A stretch of DNA of 64,000 nucleotides from an uncultured delta proteobacterium. GTDB lineage: Bacteria > Desulfobacterota > WTBG01. The notes beneath the pieces were generated by a model that did no database searches, was not told the origin of the DNA, and saw only the letters and a list, made by a program, of their open reading frames with translations. This document shows, in pieces, positions 18,891 to 27,546 of this stretch. Where the stretch lies: contig CAVVUR010000008.1 of assembly GCA_963751515.1 (NCBI GenBank), forward strand, positions 140,281 through 204,280, written 5' to 3'. How positions within the stretch are numbered: the stretch's first letter is position 1; every line of letters starts with the position of its first letter. Both the position numbers and the translations under genes were made by a program.

Positions 18891-20321
18891 ATGACACTGC
18901 TGGGAATCGAGTTGAGTGACGCCGGCATAATGGCAGCTGCAGGAGATCCGCCACTGCTCCTCGACACAGATGGGGCAGAAAAATCAAGCCCCGGTTTTGC
19001 CCTCAGCACCAACGATGGACTCATCATGGGACGAGTTGCCTTAAGCAGGTTTCGTCTCAATCCCCGCTCATACAACAATCGTTTCTGGGACGAGCTGAGC
19101 ACTGAACCGATTAAACAGCCGGGGTTTGAAGGGAAAAGCTATGCGGAGCTGGCATATCGTCACCTGTCAAAGCTATGGGACATCCTCAGGAATAAAGCAG
19201 ACGAGGTTGTCATCGCTGCCCCCGGTTTTTATACCCCGCATCAGCTGGGCATTCTCTTGGGGATTGCGGATGAATTATCCATACCCGTCAAAGGATTTGC
19301 CTCGATCGCACTGGCAGGATCGTCGGCCCCCCATCCTGAGCACCCCCTCCTGCACTTGGACATTCACCTGCACCGGATTGAAATAACCTTTCTCGAGCAG
19401 GGTGACCGCCTTATCCAGAAAGAAGTGAAGACTATTCCGGGTAGAGGTTTCAACTATCTGTACACGGAATGGGTGAAGATGGTTGCAGACGAGTTTGTGC
19501 GAACAACACGTTTTGACCCCTTTGATCAGGCCGCATACGAACAGGAGTTGTACAACCGCCTTCCCCCGGCAATTGAAAGCCTGCAGCCGCATTCATCCAC
19601 GACATTTACCTTACAAGCCGGGGCACACAGCCACCGCGCAACCTTAACCCATGACCTTTTTGCTCAAAAAACCGAAGCCGTGCTTTCAGAGGTGCGCCGG
19701 ATCATCGAGGATATGATGCTCAGTGCAGGCTTCCATGAAAAAGCCCCCGTTCTTTCGATCACTCAACGCATCCGTCACCTGCCCGGCTTCAAAGAATCCA
19801 TATGCAAAATACCCGGTCTCACCATCGTTGAACTTGCGCCGGGATCGGGTGCCCTGGGAGTACTCAAGCTGCGGGACCGATTCACCAGCCAGCACGAAAG
19901 ACAGGGTATCACACTTTTAAACAGCCGCCCCTGGCCGCCCAAATCAGCCGGCGGCCATGCCCCCACCCCACCTGTCCGGGCCATCATGCAGCCCAATCAT
20001 ATCCTGCACGAGGATTGTGCCTACCCCATTACCGCTGAGCCTCTCATCATTGGTCAGAGTAACCATGACGGTGAGACCACCCTGTGCATCAGCAGCAACC
20101 CTTCAGATTTCTCTCAACGATACTGTACCATTCAGCGTGAAAGGGATGATATCGTACTCGTCAATGAGTGTTCGGCCGGCACCCTTGTGAATGAACAAAA
20201 GGTTTTAAAAACATGTGTTCTCAGCCTGGGCCAGAAAATCAGAGTGGGGACACAATCAGATGAGCTCAAACTGATCGCTTGTGTGGGCACTGATGAAAAA
20301 GAGAGACGTAACCGTATTTAG
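18891..20321 (+). CDS. Hsp70/actin-fold ATPase domain fused to C-terminal degenerate FHA domain
   Basis: DnaK-like phosphate-1 'LLGIELSDAGIMAA' and 'VVIAAPGFYTPHQLGILLGIADELSIPVKGFASIALAGS'; C-term FHA-like 'IIGQSNHDGETTLCISSNPSDFSQRYCTIQRERDDIVLVNECSAGTLVNEQKV...LSLGQKIRVG' (Arg->Gln, His->Tyr at canonical positions). Confidence 0.6.
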   Translation: MTLLGIELSDAGIMAAAGDPPLLLDTDGAEKSSPGFALSTNDGLIMGRVALSRFRLNPRSYNNRFWDELSTEPIKQPGFEGKSYAELAYRHLSKLWDILRNKADEVVIAAPGFYTPHQLGILLGIADELSIPVKGFASIALAGSSAPHPEHPLLHLDIHLHRIEITFLEQGDRLIQKEVKTIPGRGFNYLYTEWVKMVADEFVRTTRFDPFDQAAYEQELYNRLPPAIESLQPHSSTTFTLQAGAHSHRATLTHDLFAQKTEAVLSEVRRIIEDMMLSAGFHEKAPVLSITQRIRHLPGFKESICKIPGLTIVELAPGSGALGVLKLRDRFTSQHERQGITLLNSRPWPPKSAGGHAPTPPVRAIMQPNHILHEDCAYPITAEPLIIGQSNHDGETTLCISSNPSDFSQRYCTIQRERDDIVLVNECSAGTLVNEQKVLKTCVLSLGQKIRVGTQSDELKLIACVGTDEKERRNRI

Positions 20322-21384
20322 CATCTCCTTCATTGACTGCATCACCTGCGGCCTGGGCGCGATGCTCCTGCTGTTTGTGATTGTGAATGCCAGGAGCGTG
20401 GCCAGCAGGAGCGAGATCACCTCGGACATCCGGGGAGAAGTTGACCGGATGGAAAAAGAGGTGCTCCAGGGGAAAAAGGACCTGGTGGAAGCCCGCAATA
20501 CAATGGAGCAGACCCTGGAGGAACTGGTGAAAACGCAGGGGCTCTCGCGCAGGGTTATAGCAACCATTACGGAAAAAAAGACCGAGCTTTCCAGTTATGA
20601 CAACGATACCCTCGCCTCCAGGGAACACATCAACCGCTTGAAGGCGGATCTCAAGGCGAAGGAGGAGGCGCTCAAGCGGCTCGAAGGCGGGAGCACCTCC
20701 CGCGACGACCACGGCTCGAAGGTGAGGCAATTCACCGGAGAGGGTGACCGCCAGTACCTGACCGGCCTCAAGATGGGAGGCCAGCGGGTCTTCATCCTTG
20801 TCGATGCCTCGGCCAGCATGCTTGATGATACCGTCGTGGGCATCATCCGCAAAAGGAATATGGCCGACGCGGACAAGCGAAAGGCAGACAAGTGGCGGCA
20901 TGCGGTGAAGTCCATCGACTGGCTGACCACCCAGCTACCCCTCACCGGCTCCTACCAGGTTTACAGCTTCAATGAGACCGCTGCCCCTGTCCTCGAGGGG
21001 ACCGCCGGAAAGTGGCTGGACGGCAACAATTCCCTGCAGCTTAATGAGATAGTCAACCGTTTGCACCTGATGGTGCCGCAGAACGGAACCAGCCTCATCA
21101 ATGCCATTGCCGCCATGCACGCCATGTCACCGCCGCCCGACAACATCTTCCTGCTCACCGACGGACTGCCCACCATGGGAAGAGAAAAGCCCTGGGGCAA
21201 AAAGGTATCCGGGGAAAAGCGCCTGGCCCTGTTTAACGAAGCAACGCGCCAGCTTCCGCCCCAGGTTCCGGTAAATGCAATTTTATATCACATGGAAGGG
21301 GATCCTGCCGCCGCCAGCGCCTTCTGGCGACTGGCCATGGCAACCGGCGGCTCCTTTTTTTCTCCGTCCCGGGACTGGCCCTAA
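20293..21384 (+). CDS. ExbD/TolR-like N-terminal TM helix (conserved Asp) + coiled coil + vWA domain protein, paralog 1
   Basis: TM 'VTVFSISFIDCITCGLGAMLLLFVIV' (cf. TolR 'EINIVPLLDVLLVLLLIFM'); long Glu/Lys heptad region; vWA MIDAS 'RVFILVDASASM', 'NGTSLINAI', 'IFLLTDGLP'; start overlaps upstream gene. Confidence 0.7.
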   Translation: MKKRDVTVFSISFIDCITCGLGAMLLLFVIVNARSVASRSEITSDIRGEVDRMEKEVLQGKKDLVEARNTMEQTLEELVKTQGLSRRVIATITEKKTELSSYDNDTLASREHINRLKADLKAKEEALKRLEGGSTSRDDHGSKVRQFTGEGDRQYLTGLKMGGQRVFILVDASASMLDDTVVGIIRKRNMADADKRKADKWRHAVKSIDWLTTQLPLTGSYQVYSFNETAAPVLEGTAGKWLDGNNSLQLNEIVNRLHLMVPQNGTSLINAIAAMHAMSPPPDNIFLLTDGLPTMGREKPWGKKVSGEKRLALFNEATRQLPPQVPVNAILYHMEGDPAAASAFWRLAMATGGSFFSPSRDWP

Positions 21385-21420
21385 CCGGTTGTTGAAAAAG
21401 GAGTGGCGCATGAATAGCAT

Positions 21421-21457
21421 GTGACTCAAAGGGGGAGGGGTTTTTTAGCCACAACAA
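21421..21457. repeat. partial (left-end only) copy of MITE-like repeat
   Basis: GTGACTCAAAGGGGGAGGGGTTTTTTAGCCACAACAA followed by AGAACGGC block; no right inverted end. Confidence 0.45.
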
Positions 21458-21511
21458 AATTATACGGAGCCTGGAGAACGGCTCTTTTTCTCACAGGTGT
21501 TCATGATGAAT

Positions 21512-21563
21512 GGTAGGAGCGGCTTTAAGCCGCGATCATATCGCACCTGAAGGTGCTCCTACC
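21512..21563. repeat. REP-like imperfect palindrome (GGTAGGAGCGGCTTTAAGCCGC...GCTCCTACC)
   Basis: Arms GGTAGGAGC/GCTCCTACC; related perfect palindrome at 46332. Confidence 0.5.
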
Positions 21564-21601
21564 GACCCATGCATTTTGCTTGCTGCACATTTAAAAAACC
21601 C

Positions 21602-22603
21602 ATGAGAACGCGAAGAAGAGAACTCGAGATATTCAGCCTCTCATTTCTGGACTGCATCTGCTGCGGCTTCGGCGCCATTATCCTGCTCTTTGTCCTGTCG
21701 AAATTCGGCCAGCCCATCAAGATAGAGGAAGTGAAGCAGGATTTGACGGCGCTTCTGGCAAAGCGCGAAGAAGAGCTGTTTGTTATCCGGGGTGAAGTAC
21801 AGGTGCTCAACCGTGAGCTGGAAGGAAAAAAGGAGCAGCTCTCGCGGGAGAAGGAGAGCCTGGCGCGCCTCCAGGGCGACCTCTCAAAATTACAGGGGGA
21901 GTTTGCCGCATCACAGCAAAATGCCGCGGTACAAAACACCATTGAGGGCAAGCTCGCTCAGGCCCAGCAGGAGCTTACCGAGGAGATGAAGCGTCTGCAG
22001 AAGGACCGGCCGGTGGTGCGCGACGGCTCGGTGGGAGGCATCCCCGTCGACAGCGAGTACATTATTTTCATCATCGACACCTCGGGGAGCATGCAGCGCA
22101 ATGCCTGGCAGCTGCTGCAGAAAAAGCTCCGCGAAACGCTGGATGTCTACCCCCGGGTCAAGGGCATCCAGGTCATGAACGACGAAGGCACTTATTTATT
22201 TCCCGAGTACCGCGGCAGCTGGATCCCCGACACCGCGGGCCGCCGAAAGGTGATCATCAACACCTTAAGCGGCTGGACACCCTTCAGCAACAGCAGCCCC
22301 GTGGAAGGGATCAACGAAGCCATCTCCACCTATTACGATCCCGGCAGGAAGATCAGCCTCTATGTCTTCGGCGATGAGTTCAGCGGATATGACATGCAGG
22401 GGGCAATCGATACCGTGGACCGGTTAAATAAAGCGGACAGGACTGGCGCGCGGCGGGTGAGGATCCACGCGGTGGGATTTCCCACGGTGCTCAAAGATAT
22501 CCGCGATGAGATGAATACAGGGGTTCGCTTTGCCGCCCTGATGCGCGTCCTCTGCCAGCGAAACGGGGGCACGTTTGTCGGGCTCAACACCACCAGGCCT
22601 TAG
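21602..22603 (+). CDS. ExbD/TolR-like N-terminal TM helix (conserved Asp) + coiled coil + vWA domain protein, paralog 2
   Basis: TM 'LEIFSLSFLDCICCGFGAIILLFVLS'; coiled coil; vWA 'YIIFIIDTSGSM', 'LYVFGDEFSG'; ORF in track begins at 21569, the Met at 21602 is preferred by homology to paralog 1. Confidence 0.7.
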   Translation: MRTRRRELEIFSLSFLDCICCGFGAIILLFVLSKFGQPIKIEEVKQDLTALLAKREEELFVIRGEVQVLNRELEGKKEQLSREKESLARLQGDLSKLQGEFAASQQNAAVQNTIEGKLAQAQQELTEEMKRLQKDRPVVRDGSVGGIPVDSEYIIFIIDTSGSMQRNAWQLLQKKLRETLDVYPRVKGIQVMNDEGTYLFPEYRGSWIPDTAGRRKVIINTLSGWTPFSNSSPVEGINEAISTYYDPGRKISLYVFGDEFSGYDMQGAIDTVDRLNKADRTGARRVRIHAVGFPTVLKDIRDEMNTGVRFAALMRVLCQRNGGTFVGLNTTRP

Positions 22604-22673
22604 TGCGGTGCGTGTACCAGTTCTTTACCCATTGTTGTTACCTGAACGGAGTGACAAGCCTCTTGTAGAAAAA

Positions 22674-22700
22674 GCAGCCCCCTGCGTCGCAGGAGGCTGC
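22674..22700. terminator. bidirectional terminator hairpin between convergent genes
   Basis: GCAGCCCCCTGCGTCGCAGGAGGCTGC stem; TTTTTCT run on minus strand side. Confidence 0.5.
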
Positions 22701-22754
22701 TTCATACTTCCCATTCTGCCAACCTCTTTACCGCTTATGTGACAGCAAAACCCT

Positions 22755-23186
22755 TCAGTACCGCCACTTGCCTCTGGAAAATGAGAAGATCTCGGTTACC
22801 GGGCATTCCTGTTGAAGCTTGAACTGCCCGTTTACCGCTTCTTCATAGGTCTTGGCCTTACTGACGAAGGTCTGCTCCTGATAATTGAGGATCCCGACAT
22901 AGGGAGTCTCTTTGCTTGCAGTCTTTTTGGTTCTTCCGCTATAGGTTCTGCTGTAGCCGGTATATTCAGCAACGAAGCAATCATCAACCTTCTTGCAGGC
23001 AATATTGATCTTGCTTTTTTCTTCCCGGCTATACAGATGCTCCATCCACTGCTGATTGAAAAGCTGAAAGCTCGCCTCCACGTCCTGGCTTTCATCTATC
23101 GCATACAGCGCAGGATGTGGTACCAGCACGCCGAGGCACAGGGCCACCGCATAAACGGCAACAAGGTATCTCATGGCCGCACTCAT
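22755..23186 (-). CDS. secreted hypothetical protein
   Basis: Signal peptide 'MRYLVAVYAVALCLGVLV'; no recognisable domain. Confidence 0.4.
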   Translation of the reverse strand: MSAAMRYLVAVYAVALCLGVLVPHPALYAIDESQDVEASFQLFNQQWMEHLYSREEKSKINIACKKVDDCFVAEYTGYSRTYSGRTKKTASKETPYVGILNYQEQTFVSKAKTYEEAVNGQFKLQQECPVTEIFSFSRGKWRY

Positions 23187-23845
23187 TCGCCGTTCATGAC
23201 CTTGAACTCAACCCTGCGGTTCATTTCCCGGCCCTGACGGGTTTCATTGTCGGCAACGGGGTTCGCTTCACCATACCCCATCGTGCTCAGTTTTTCAGCG
23301 GCAATGCCCTTCTCCACCATATAGGCCTTCACTGCTTCCGCCCGCTTTTCAGAGAGACGCAGGTTGTAATCCTCGGCCCCGATGCTGCAGGTATAACCCT
23401 CAACCGCAACACTTTTCTCGGGATGCTTTGCTAAAGCGGCAATCCCCTCATCAAGGATTGGATAATATTGATCCTTAATGACCGCCTTGTCGAAGTCGAA
23501 CTGTATGCCATTGAGAACGATCTTTTCAACCACCTTGGGCGGCGGTGGCGGTTCTTCTGCTACTGGCTCAGGTACCGTCGTCGTTGTCGTCGGCGGCGGT
23601 TCCTCTTTGCACACCACTGCACCGATTATTCCTCCGACGACTAAACCAGCTGCCGCACCGACAGCGGCCCCCTCTGCGGTATCTTCATCACCCTGGTGAC
23701 CAACAACAGCACCAGCACCGGCTCCTATAGCTGCACCGGCTACAGCACCTGCTGCTATACATTTTGCCCGCTTGGACGCCGTCGAGCAACCAGCGGCCAG
23801 CACAACTACCAGAATTAAGACCATCGCCTTCGCAAATACTTTCAT
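23183..23845 (-). CDS. OmpA-family peptidoglycan-binding lipoprotein with glycine-zipper and Pro/Thr linker
   Basis: Lipobox 'LAAGCS'; 'AGAVAGAAIGAGAGAVVG' Gly-zipper; OmpA_C-like 'NGIQFDFDKAVIKDQYYPILDE...NRRVEFKV'. Confidence 0.8.
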   Translation of the reverse strand: MKVFAKAMVLILVVVLAAGCSTASKRAKCIAAGAVAGAAIGAGAGAVVGHQGDEDTAEGAAVGAAAGLVVGGIIGAVVCKEEPPPTTTTTVPEPVAEEPPPPPKVVEKIVLNGIQFDFDKAVIKDQYYPILDEGIAALAKHPEKSVAVEGYTCSIGAEDYNLRLSEKRAEAVKAYMVEKGIAAEKLSTMGYGEANPVADNETRQGREMNRRVEFKVMNGE

Positions 23846-23996
23846 CGTACCTCCTCCTTTCTCATCACATCATAAAATGTTAACCAACCTGACAATCAAC
23901 TGTCGCTTCCACATCTGCCGTAACAATCCAGGAATTTCATCACCTCCTTTGCATCCGCCGGGTCTGGGTTAAAAAAACAGATTTATAAATGTCAAA

Positions 23997-24389
23997 CTAT
24001 TCTTTCTCCGGCTGGGCAGCCTCCATGGCTTTATCAGCTTCACCGGCTGCTTTTTCCTGTGCTGTGCCCATGAGCTCGGCGCCTTTGTCCTTGGCCTGTT
24101 CCGCGACTTCACCTGCTGCTCCTTTAACTTCTCCCGCTGCTTCCTCTACTACTTCCTTGGCTTCGCCCGCCGCTTCCTGTGCCTCCTCCACAACCGGGGC
24201 AGCAGCTTCCTCCACCGCCTGTTTCGCTTCTCCTGCCGCTTCTTTCGCTTCATCCATCACCGGTGCCGCTTGTTCTTCAATCTTCTGCTCCATCGTCGTC
24301 GCAGGCTTTTCCTCGGATTTCTTGCAGCCTGGGGCACCAATCATGAGAGCCAGAATGACAATCCCGAAGATGAACCACATGCTTTTCAT
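23997..24389 (-). CDS. acidic repeat lipoprotein (EEAAGEAK-type repeats)
   Basis: Start MKSMWFIFGIVILALMIGAPGC with GGAGGAAGGG RBS; repeated 'EEAAGEAK/EAAGEVK' units. Confidence 0.5.
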   Translation of the reverse strand: MKSMWFIFGIVILALMIGAPGCKKSEEKPATTMEQKIEEQAAPVMDEAKEAAGEAKQAVEEAAAPVVEEAQEAAGEAKEVVEEAAGEVKGAAGEVAEQAKDKGAELMGTAQEKAAGEADKAMEAAQPEKE

Positions 24390-24585
24390 AGCCCTTCCTC
24401 CTTTCAAGAATGTACTGCCCGTTGAAAAAACAAAGCGACTGTCCCGCATCCTTCAATTAATACATTTACTTATAATGCTATTCCTCAAAAATGTCAAAGC
24501 AAAACTGCGTACGCCATGCATTTTTTAGACCGCCGTGGGCACCCCATAAAATTATGCCACCGTGCAACTCAATAACAGCAAGACA

Positions 24586-25473
24586 TTACGGAACTATTTC
24601 ATACCCATACCGCTTCATTTCTTCACCGCACAAAGTAATAAACGTATCTTTATCCGACCGGCTCCATTCCGGCCATTTGGGAAAAAGAAATGTCCTGGTA
24701 ATGTTCTTGGGCTTTCCGACAAATTCAAGCCACTCCTGTTCTACATTGAACTTCATATCCGTTATCGTAAGCAGCATGGATTCAAATGCGGCGTAATTGC
24801 TGATCATGTCCTCAAATCGTATGGTTGCATCAGCATGTTCCCGCATGTACGAGTTTTCATAGGTCCACAGCCAGCAGAGCTTTTCGAACCGTGTAAAGCG
24901 CGACCACCGATGAGGATCAATGTCTTTACGGGGAGGGACAAAATCGTAATAGTCCTTATCCTCCGGGGTATACGCTCTCCTGCTCATGACCGACCGCACC
25001 CCATCTCTTCCGTCACGGATGACATGAATAATTTTCATGGCCGGGAGATGCTTCTTAAACGCCGCTATGTGTCGGCGCAAATGGCTGTTGACTTCACCAT
25101 ACATGCTAGCCCTGTTCGCAACACACCGCAGGGCCATCTCCCCAAGGCGAAAATCAAGGAGATACTTCTCCGCTTCGGCGGGATTCATAACTGCTTTCTT
25201 GTGGAAGGGATTTTCCCTTGGAACCGGCTCATGCATGACGCACAAACCGTCAACACGCCTGTTTAAAAAATGTGCCAGCCAGGCGGTTCCTGTTCTTCCG
25301 GTGCTGGTGATCAAAAAAAGCTTTCGCTGCTTCAGAATGGCAAGCGCTTCACCCGTTCCGGGAATTATCCAGCGAAGGGCGGCGCGATACGCAAATCCCT
25401 TATCAATGCCGATTTTACCGGCCTTGCGGCTCACCTGGTAAATAAAGCGTGTCCAATCAAATGTGCTGTTCAT
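24586..25473 (-). CDS. sulfotransferase-family protein
   Basis: PAPS 5'-phosphosulfate-binding-like 'FLITSTGRTGTAWLAHF'; 295 aa. Confidence 0.65.
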   Translation of the reverse strand: MNSTFDWTRFIYQVSRKAGKIGIDKGFAYRAALRWIIPGTGEALAILKQRKLFLITSTGRTGTAWLAHFLNRRVDGLCVMHEPVPRENPFHKKAVMNPAEAEKYLLDFRLGEMALRCVANRASMYGEVNSHLRRHIAAFKKHLPAMKIIHVIRDGRDGVRSVMSRRAYTPEDKDYYDFVPPRKDIDPHRWSRFTRFEKLCWLWTYENSYMREHADATIRFEDMISNYAAFESMLLTITDMKFNVEQEWLEFVGKPKNITRTFLFPKWPEWSRSDKDTFITLCGEEMKRYGYEIVP

Positions 25474-25506
25474 ACGTGCGCTCCCATACCCAGGCGACCT
25501 CTAAAA

Positions 25507-25575
25507 TTGTTGTGGCTAAAAAGCCCCTCCCCCTTGAGCCACATATAAATAAAGAAATCAATGACGCACTACACT
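25507..25575. repeat. half copy of MITE-like element (inner plus outer inverted-repeat module), reverse orientation
   Basis: TTGTTGTGGCTAAAAAGCCCCTCCCCCTTGAGCCACATATAAATAAAGAAATCAATGACGCACTACACT matches the reverse complement of 37128-37198. Confidence 0.5.
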
Positions 25576-26427
25576 GAATGATGTCTGAGAAATAACTGGC
25601 CAAAACAAGGGCAGGTGTCAATTTGACAGGGCTGCGCTTCCCTGTCAAAGGTGATGCCCTTGGAGATATGACCCAAAACGGTTTTGTCACCGACACATCT
25701 CGTAACCCTGCCGTCGGGCGATATGCGGATAAATAATCTGCCGGCATCGCATTTAATGCCCCTGGATTTTACCGGGATTTCCTCAAGGAAACAGGGGTTG
25801 TATTCTGAAAGCAGCTTTTTTTCCTCCCCGGCATAAGCCTGGGGGTACCGTTTCCCCTGGAACTCCCCCTTGAAAGGCTTGGGCATGATTGGACCCCTCT
25901 TGATCGGAAGTAGTCATAGTCCTTCATGAATCTGCTGATCAGGCTCGGCTGTAAAACATAGCTCACCCGGCAATTAAATCCCTTTTCCTGCAACAACAAA
26001 ATATTGCCTATAAAATCATCGACCTGATTTCCTCTTTCGCGCTCCGCGATATGCGTCCGATATGTAAAGGAGTCTACTGGTCTGGGTATGATTTTTTTGC
26101 AAACTCCGCCACCCTTCTGTTGATGCTTAAATTTGTATCTACATAAATGCAAAAGTGCTCCGTAAGCGTTTCGCACAATTGGACAAACCGGGGGTACGTG
26201 AAAGGTTCTCCGCCGGTTAAGCCGATCGTCCACTTTTTCCCCTCCTCGTTTTTCAACAGCTTAATTATCTTGCTGCTTCCCTCCAGGGGGTCCGCGGGAA
26301 GGCCGGTAAGCCTGTGCATATTTTTTTGCCCATGGTGCTGAAACGTCGCGCAATCCCGTGGTCGGAGTTTGCCCTTCCAATCTTGCAATACGGGCAGTGA
26401 AAATTGGATTCCCTGGTAAAATACCAC
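25569..26427 (-). pseudogene. radical SAM / SPASM-domain protein split over three reading frames
   Basis: Radical SAM 'GLTGGEPF' in ORF 26074-26427, middle and SPASM-like Cys-rich C-terminus ('CFLEEIP...CVGDK...CQIDTCPC') in two other frames. Confidence 0.45.
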
Positions 26428-26470
26428 AAGGCCAGGGCCTGTGTATCTTCGCTTGAACTCTGAGCAAATT

Positions 26471-27097
26471 TCATAAGGCGTTATGGGCTCTGATTCGTTT
26501 GTCCGCCCGCTCCATGAGCGGTTTCAGGCGCTTAAAAATTCTGCGCCACTTAAAATAGCTGGAGATGGAATCATACGCGGACACCGCTCCGTGTGTCAGG
26601 TAGAGGTATAATGCCGACAGGCGGGTCTCATCGGTATAGGCATACACCCTGTCATAACCGGCTGCCGCAAAAAAAGCCAGGCTTCGGTAGGTAAGCGCAA
26701 CGGCCAATCTTTTTTTCCCGCGGTGGGAGGAATCAAGTACAAGCCACAACCCGACTCCTATTTTTTTTCCCGCCGTGGACTTGTCAGACGTGGCGCTGCA
26801 TCCCACCAGGCGACCCTTATAGTACAGCAGCGACCCTGCATCCGGCGCGATCATCTGATCTACCAGGGCCTTTTTCACCCGTTCCGCTGTCCAGACACCA
26901 ACTCACTCATCACGATTTAAAAGATCGCTCCACTCATTAAGATCCGTTTCCTGACCCGGCGAGACGATGGTGTATCCCTCAGGCAAATCCCATTGCCGGC
27001 CCACATATTCTGCAAACGTGGCTACAGGAAATTCCAGTTTAACCTGCTTGGGGAAGAATATTCTGAAAAATTTTTTAATTTTTCTCTTGGACAGCAT
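26471..27097 (-). pseudogene. GNAT-family N-acetyltransferase interrupted by in-frame TGA (26903-26905)
   Basis: Two same-frame ORFs; downstream part has GNAT motif A-like 'HRGKKRLAVAL' and motif B region. Confidence 0.35.
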
Positions 27098-27546
27098 GAT
27101 TAAGGAGGTACGGGGAAGTCAGCAAGCACCGTCGCAGGGCACAGTCATTGATGGTTACTGTGCAGTCCGCAACACCCGCGCAAAAGCGCTGACAGGGTAA
27201 CACCAATGAATACAAATAGCAATGCGAATCTATTACCTGCTGCGGGGCACAGGTTGTGACGGAACAACCCGAAAGGGGGCGCCCATGCCCCGAAACGCCG
27301 TGTGCTATGCATGAAAGCATACAGCAGTGACCCCGTTAATCATCATCCGGTCTCCGCATCATTGTGACGGGTGAGCAAAAAAAACAACGATTGACAATTA
27401 CGGCAATAGCAGCTATATACCCCCTAATTTCAAATGGTTTTTCAGACGGGCACAAACGCCGATTGCTCCTTTCACATCACACAAGGGCGGCCCGAACCTC
27501 TTAAGAAATTGAGCAGAAACAGGGCATTATTAAAAGAGTTGCGCTG

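Noticed and set aside
26903-26905. In-frame TGA in the GNAT gene as a selenocysteine codon
   Set aside because: No SECIS-like hairpin was seen immediately downstream, and GNAT enzymes are not known selenoproteins. A point mutation or sequencing error is more likely.
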